Positions 60,051 through 64,000 of a DNA stretch of 64,000 nucleotides are shown here, in pieces (the first letter of the stretch is position 1; every line of letters begins with the position of its first letter). This stretch comes from a virus. The notes beneath the pieces are model-generated. The model had not been told where the DNA came from, ran no database searches, and saw only the letters and a list, made by a program, of their open reading frames with translations. The stretch covers positions 1-64,000 of the IMG/VR virus record IMGVR_UViG_3300031918_000006, one strand, 5' to 3'. The translations under genes and the position numbers were made by a program.

Positions 60051-63000
60051 ATGGCATGTACACTAACGTTCACTTTAGGTGGAATAAAATATAATATACC
60101 TGCAGAAGGTAATCTTGCTGATTATGACGGAAAAAACCTCACAGATATATTAGGATCTTTAGATTCTCATACACAAATTAATTTATTAGAGAATATTTTA
60201 AAATATTCTAACATTCAGCCGTATGATTATGAAGAAAATCCAACTGTAACTAATTTAATAGCTTCTAATAATATTCCGAATATTAGTGTAAGCAAGTTAA
60301 CAGAAAAATTAGGAGATTTAGTTTTACCTGATGGATCTAATCATTTTAAATTACGTCAAGTAGTTTTAAGTATGTTAAATGAAAAGACTGATAAAATATC
60401 TTTAGTTTCTGCACAAATCACAGATGGTTCCAAAAAAGGACATGGAGTATTTATTTCACAAACTGGAAGTATCTATGTGCATGCTAAACCTAATGATAAA
60501 ATTGATACTCTTGAGGATTATTTTTTAGGAAAGGATAGCAAAGTCTTACTAGAACGTCTTGCTCATGAATTAACTCATAGTAAATTAGATGCATTAATGG
60601 TTAATCAACCAGAACTTGCCAAGGAATTAGTTGAGGAATGGAATTCAAAAAAAGGAGGATTATCTGATGAATTTAAGAGTATTAAAAGTAGTATTGACAA
60701 GTTAAAAACAAATGAAGCAAAAGCAAACGAAATTATTGCTTATTACTTTAGTGATTTCCAATTACAAGGGGCTTATCAAAGTAAAACACTAGAAGATGCT
60801 TTTAAAAGTATGGTTTCAAATATAATTCCATTAGAAACAATAGTTTCTACTTCTACTCCTGGCTATTTTGATTCTTCCAATCCATATGAGGATTATGACC
60901 ATTCTAGATATAAGAATCATTGGGATGATCCTGTTTGGCAATATAGACATCCTGAATTAGAACCTCCATTCACAGGAGATACTAATGCTTCTCTTCAAAA
61001 AATGGTTGCAGAGATAGATCCAACTTCTGAGAATTACCAAGCAGATAAAGCTAAACAAATCTTAGCTAGATTTAATGCTAATACCTCTGATATTCAAGAA
61101 AATTCTGAATTTAAATACCAGAAATATGATGTTTCTTATGGAGCACCTATTGTTATTGATGATTTTAATAGAGATATTCAAATCTTAAGATTAGCAGAAA
61201 ATGACTTGGTATTAGTAAGTAAAGATATCTTCCTAAATCCCAAAACAAAAGAATGGGAAGCTAGGCCTACTAAAAAAGGTGAGGAAAAGTCTTCATATCG
61301 TCCTGTTATTAGTACTTATATTAATGCTAATAATGAAGTAATGATTAATCTACCTATTAAAGATGGTAGTGGTAAAACATATTCTCTACCAGCTAAGTTT
61401 GTAGAAAGTTTACGTAAATATGATGGAGATTTAATAGATACTCCTTATAATAAAGAAAAAGCTAAAGAATATGCAGATTGGATGGTTGCTAATGTAAATT
61501 CAGCATATGGTGATGATCCTGCCGATAGTTCTATAATTAGAACTATAGATATTACTTCTAAAACTGGAAAAAGCTTTCAAATTTCAGTGGCTTCTAACTA
61601 TGAATCTTATGGATTTAAATTTTATAACCAAGAATCTGCTAGAGAAATCTATGATGGAGCTGAAGTTGGAGATGTAGTTAAAGTGTTTATAAAAGAAAAA
61701 GGAGATAAGAAAGCGGGAGGATATCGCGCTAAAATACTACGTAAATTTGGAAACTCAGTTGAAGTAGTTACTTCTAAAGGTGCTGTACTTATTGTAAAAC
61801 CCTCTGCTATCAATGAGGTAATCTATTTAAAAGAAAATCATCCAGACTTTTTATCACAAGTAGAAAATATTGATAAAGGGACTATTAGCCAAGATCTTAT
61901 TGATGATGGTAATAGTCAATTTAGAAAATATCGTAAAGTAAATTTTGTATCACAAAATAAAAAAGATGGGGAATTTCAAGATAAGATTAATGATTATTTT
62001 GATATTTATTCAAAAGAAGATTCTGCTATTAAAGTAGAGAGACGTCGCGCTGAAGTTAAAAAACTTAAAGCCGGAGATCTTATAAAGGTTAAATGGTATT
62101 ACACAGATACAAAAACTAAAGAAGATAGAGAAGTGTCACACTGGTATCCAGTAGTTACTAAAACCTCTGATTTAGTTTACTATTACAATTCTACTTCTGA
62201 GAAAGTATCTTCTGTGAATATTTTAGATGGTAAAGGATATGAAATCTATGGATTAGCTATAAATAATACAAATTCTTCTAAATTATTTGATGAATTTAAT
62301 GAAATCAGAAAAAGTATAGAAGGATTACGTAGAGATGATACTGGTACATTACTCTCAGATGATGCTATTAAAAATAACTTAGGAGAAGCTCTTAGAAATG
62401 CAGAACCATCTAGTTTACAAGACATTTATCATATCACAGAAATAGAAGATGTAGATGAAGTAGCAGCTGGAGAAGATAATGACCTTAAATTATCAGTATC
62501 TCAAGTACAAAGAGGTAGTATTGTTAAAGCCTATGTATTTGATATAGATGAAGAAGGTAGAGACAAAAAAACTAAAATTTATAAATGGTTTGTAGTAACT
62601 GGCTTTGATGAAAACACTGGAAGACCTATATGTGTTACACAAACTAAAGATAAAAATGGTAAAACTGGTGTATATAAAGAATATCCAATTGAATTTCAGA
62701 ATATTAAAGCAATAGGTCATAGATTAACTGATAATGCTGATTTAGGAATTTATGGAAATAAAACTCTAAAAGAATACTTAGATAAGTTAAGAAAAACTTT
62801 TGATACTATTAGTGAACCTATTTTTATTACTCAAGCTGAAACTCCTAAATATGAGAGATCAAATAGAACTTTTAACACAGCTTTATATGGTTTACTTAAA
62901 AACGGAAAGATGGGTTATGCAGTGTCTGATAAATATGTAATAGAACAATTTAAAGATAAGACTGATTTTGAAGAATGGAAGAAAAATACACCAGAAGCTA

Positions 63001-64000
63001 AAGGATTAACCTGGACTTATACTGAACCTAAGTTGTATATTTTAAGAGGTAAACAATATATGAAGAAACTCTATATGAATTACTTAGAAGTACACGGTTT
63101 ACTTAATTATGAACCCAACATACATGATAGTGTAAGAATTGGTGATATAGTTACTGAAACATGGAAGTACCAAGGAGATGATGTTAAAATGGACTCTATG
63201 ATTACTGCTAAAACTCCTACAGGATTATGGGTGGAACGTTTAGGAAAAAGTCCTTCAGGGGATTCTATTTCGGTTAGAAAAAAGATATATAGACATAGAG
63301 AAGGAGTTGAATATCCTCAGATCTCAGATGTATACTTACATAAAAAACGTGATACTACCTCAACTTCTAGAGAAGACGCTAAAAGTAGACAAACTAATCT
63401 TTTAATTGGTAATACTCAGTATGAAGAGAAGATTAAAAATCTAGATCAGGAAACTAAAGAAAGAAAAGCAAGTACTTTAAAAAAACCACTTAAAGCTTCT
63501 TTAGATACTGATAATTTCTATAAGAGTAGAGATTCGGAAAGTAAGATTATGGAAATTGTAGATAAACTACAATCTACTTATAATGTGCCTATTATAATGC
63601 TTAGAACTAATGAGATTGCTCAAAGTTTTGGTGATATTTTAGGAACTGATGCTACTAAAGTTAGAGGATTTATAAATGAGGGTAAAGTTTATATAAATTT
63701 AGATAAAGCTTCTTCTGCAGAACCTCTACATGAGATGGCACATATTATATTAGAGAGTATTAAAGCCAATGACTATAATTTATATCAAACGGTTATTAAT
63801 TCTGTTAAGTCTCATCCATACTATGATGCTATAGCTAAAAATTATCCTAATAGGGCCCCGGAAGACTTAGATGAAGAAGTATTTGTTTCTATTTTTGGAG
63901 AAAAATATAGAACAGTTACTCATAATCAATATAATAAGTCTTGGTATGATCAAAATGAAAGTATATTTACAAATATCTGGAATTATATGAAAAATACTTT
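60051..64000 (+). CDS. Giant virion protein with two zincin-like HExxH domains; 3'-truncated by the window and absent from the ORF track
   Basis: Starts MACTLTFTLGGIKY and appears open to the window end. HELTH at 60564-60578 and HEMAH at 63729-63743 are in frame, each with a downstream Glu (ANEIIAY; DEEVFV). Confidence 0.85.
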   Translation, partial: MACTLTFTLGGIKYNIPAEGNLADYDGKNLTDILGSLDSHTQINLLENILKYSNIQPYDYEENPTVTNLIASNNIPNISVSKLTEKLGDLVLPDGSNHFKLRQVVLSMLNEKTDKISLVSAQITDGSKKGHGVFISQTGSIYVHAKPNDKIDTLEDYFLGKDSKVLLERLAHELTHSKLDALMVNQPELAKELVEEWNSKKGGLSDEFKSIKSSIDKLKTNEAKANEIIAYYFSDFQLQGAYQSKTLEDAFKSMVSNIIPLETIVSTSTPGYFDSSNPYEDYDHSRYKNHWDDPVWQYRHPELEPPFTGDTNASLQKMVAEIDPTSENYQADKAKQILARFNANTSDIQENSEFKYQKYDVSYGAPIVIDDFNRDIQILRLAENDLVLVSKDIFLNPKTKEWEARPTKKGEEKSSYRPVISTYINANNEVMINLPIKDGSGKTYSLPAKFVESLRKYDGDLIDTPYNKEKAKEYADWMVANVNSAYGDDPADSSIIRTIDITSKTGKSFQISVASNYESYGFKFYNQESAREIYDGAEVGDVVKVFIKEKGDKKAGGYRAKILRKFGNSVEVVTSKGAVLIVKPSAINEVIYLKENHPDFLSQVENIDKGTISQDLIDDGNSQFRKYRKVNFVSQNKKDGEFQDKINDYFDIYSKEDSAIKVERRRAEVKKLKAGDLIKVKWYYTDTKTKEDREVSHWYPVVTKTSDLVYYYNSTSEKVSSVNILDGKGYEIYGLAINNTNSSKLFDEFNEIRKSIEGLRRDDTGTLLSDDAIKNNLGEALRNAEPSSLQDIYHITEIEDVDEVAAGEDNDLKLSVSQVQRGSIVKAYVFDIDEEGRDKKTKIYKWFVVTGFDENTGRPICVTQTKDKNGKTGVYKEYPIEFQNIKAIGHRLTDNADLGIYGNKTLKEYLDKLRKTFDTISEPIFITQAETPKYERSNRTFNTALYGLLKNGKMGYAVSDKYVIEQFKDKTDFEEWKKNTPEAKGLTWTYTEPKLYILRGKQYMKKLYMNYLEVHGLLNYEPNIHDSVRIGDIVTETWKYQGDDVKMDSMITAKTPTGLWVERLGKSPSGDSISVRKKIYRHREGVEYPQISDVYLHKKRDTTSTSREDAKSRQTNLLIGNTQYEEKIKNLDQETKERKASTLKKPLKASLDTDNFYKSRDSESKIMEIVDKLQSTYNVPIIMLRTNEIAQSFGDILGTDATKVRGFINEGKVYINLDKASSAEPLHEMAHIILESIKANDYNLYQTVINSVKSHPYYDAIAKNYPNRAPEDLDEEVFVSIFGEKYRTVTHNQYNKSWYDQNESIFTNIWNYMKNT

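Noticed and set aside
5287-62720. All minus-strand ORFs and short alternative-frame plus-strand ORFs in the track (e.g. 11803-12207, 38283-38672, 40791-41258, 36506-36817)
   Set aside because: They lie almost entirely within long, motif-bearing + strand genes, have shadow-like composition, and have no promoters or recognisable motifs.

Overview
This window is the virion-morphogenesis and virion-transcription arm of an AT-rich crAss-like phage (order Crassvirales), with a probable Bacteroidota host judged from TAnnTTTG promoters. All credible genes are on the + strand and tightly coupled. In order: a putative cargo protein, a putative small terminase, the large terminase, a long tail fibre with a C-terminal S74-type chaperone, a GH108 lysin, the portal, a beta-helix tailspike, a scaffold-like protein, the major capsid protein, ring/auxiliary capsid/tail tubular/IHF-like genes, two large tail stabilization (muzzle-like) proteins, a DUF192 protein, several putative ejected proteins, and four giant genes. 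Those four encode an SF1-helicase/membrane protein, two halves of a virion RNA polymerase, and a double-zincin protein that runs off the window. No tRNA, rRNA, CRISPR array, intein, transposase or reverse transcriptase was recognised. The most notable observations are: (1) all three junctions between the giant genes pair a C-terminal Cys with an N-terminal Cys in otherwise Cys-poor proteins, suggesting head-to-tail covalent chaining, and one junction splits the RNAP catalytic region; (2) a single in-frame TAG that appears to be read through; (3) a candidate -1 frameshift near 415-446; (4) a candidate minus-strand structured sRNA with its own promoter and terminator; (5) a shared x-x-GG motif in putative cargo proteins. 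Family assignments come from motif recognition and gene order, not from database searches.
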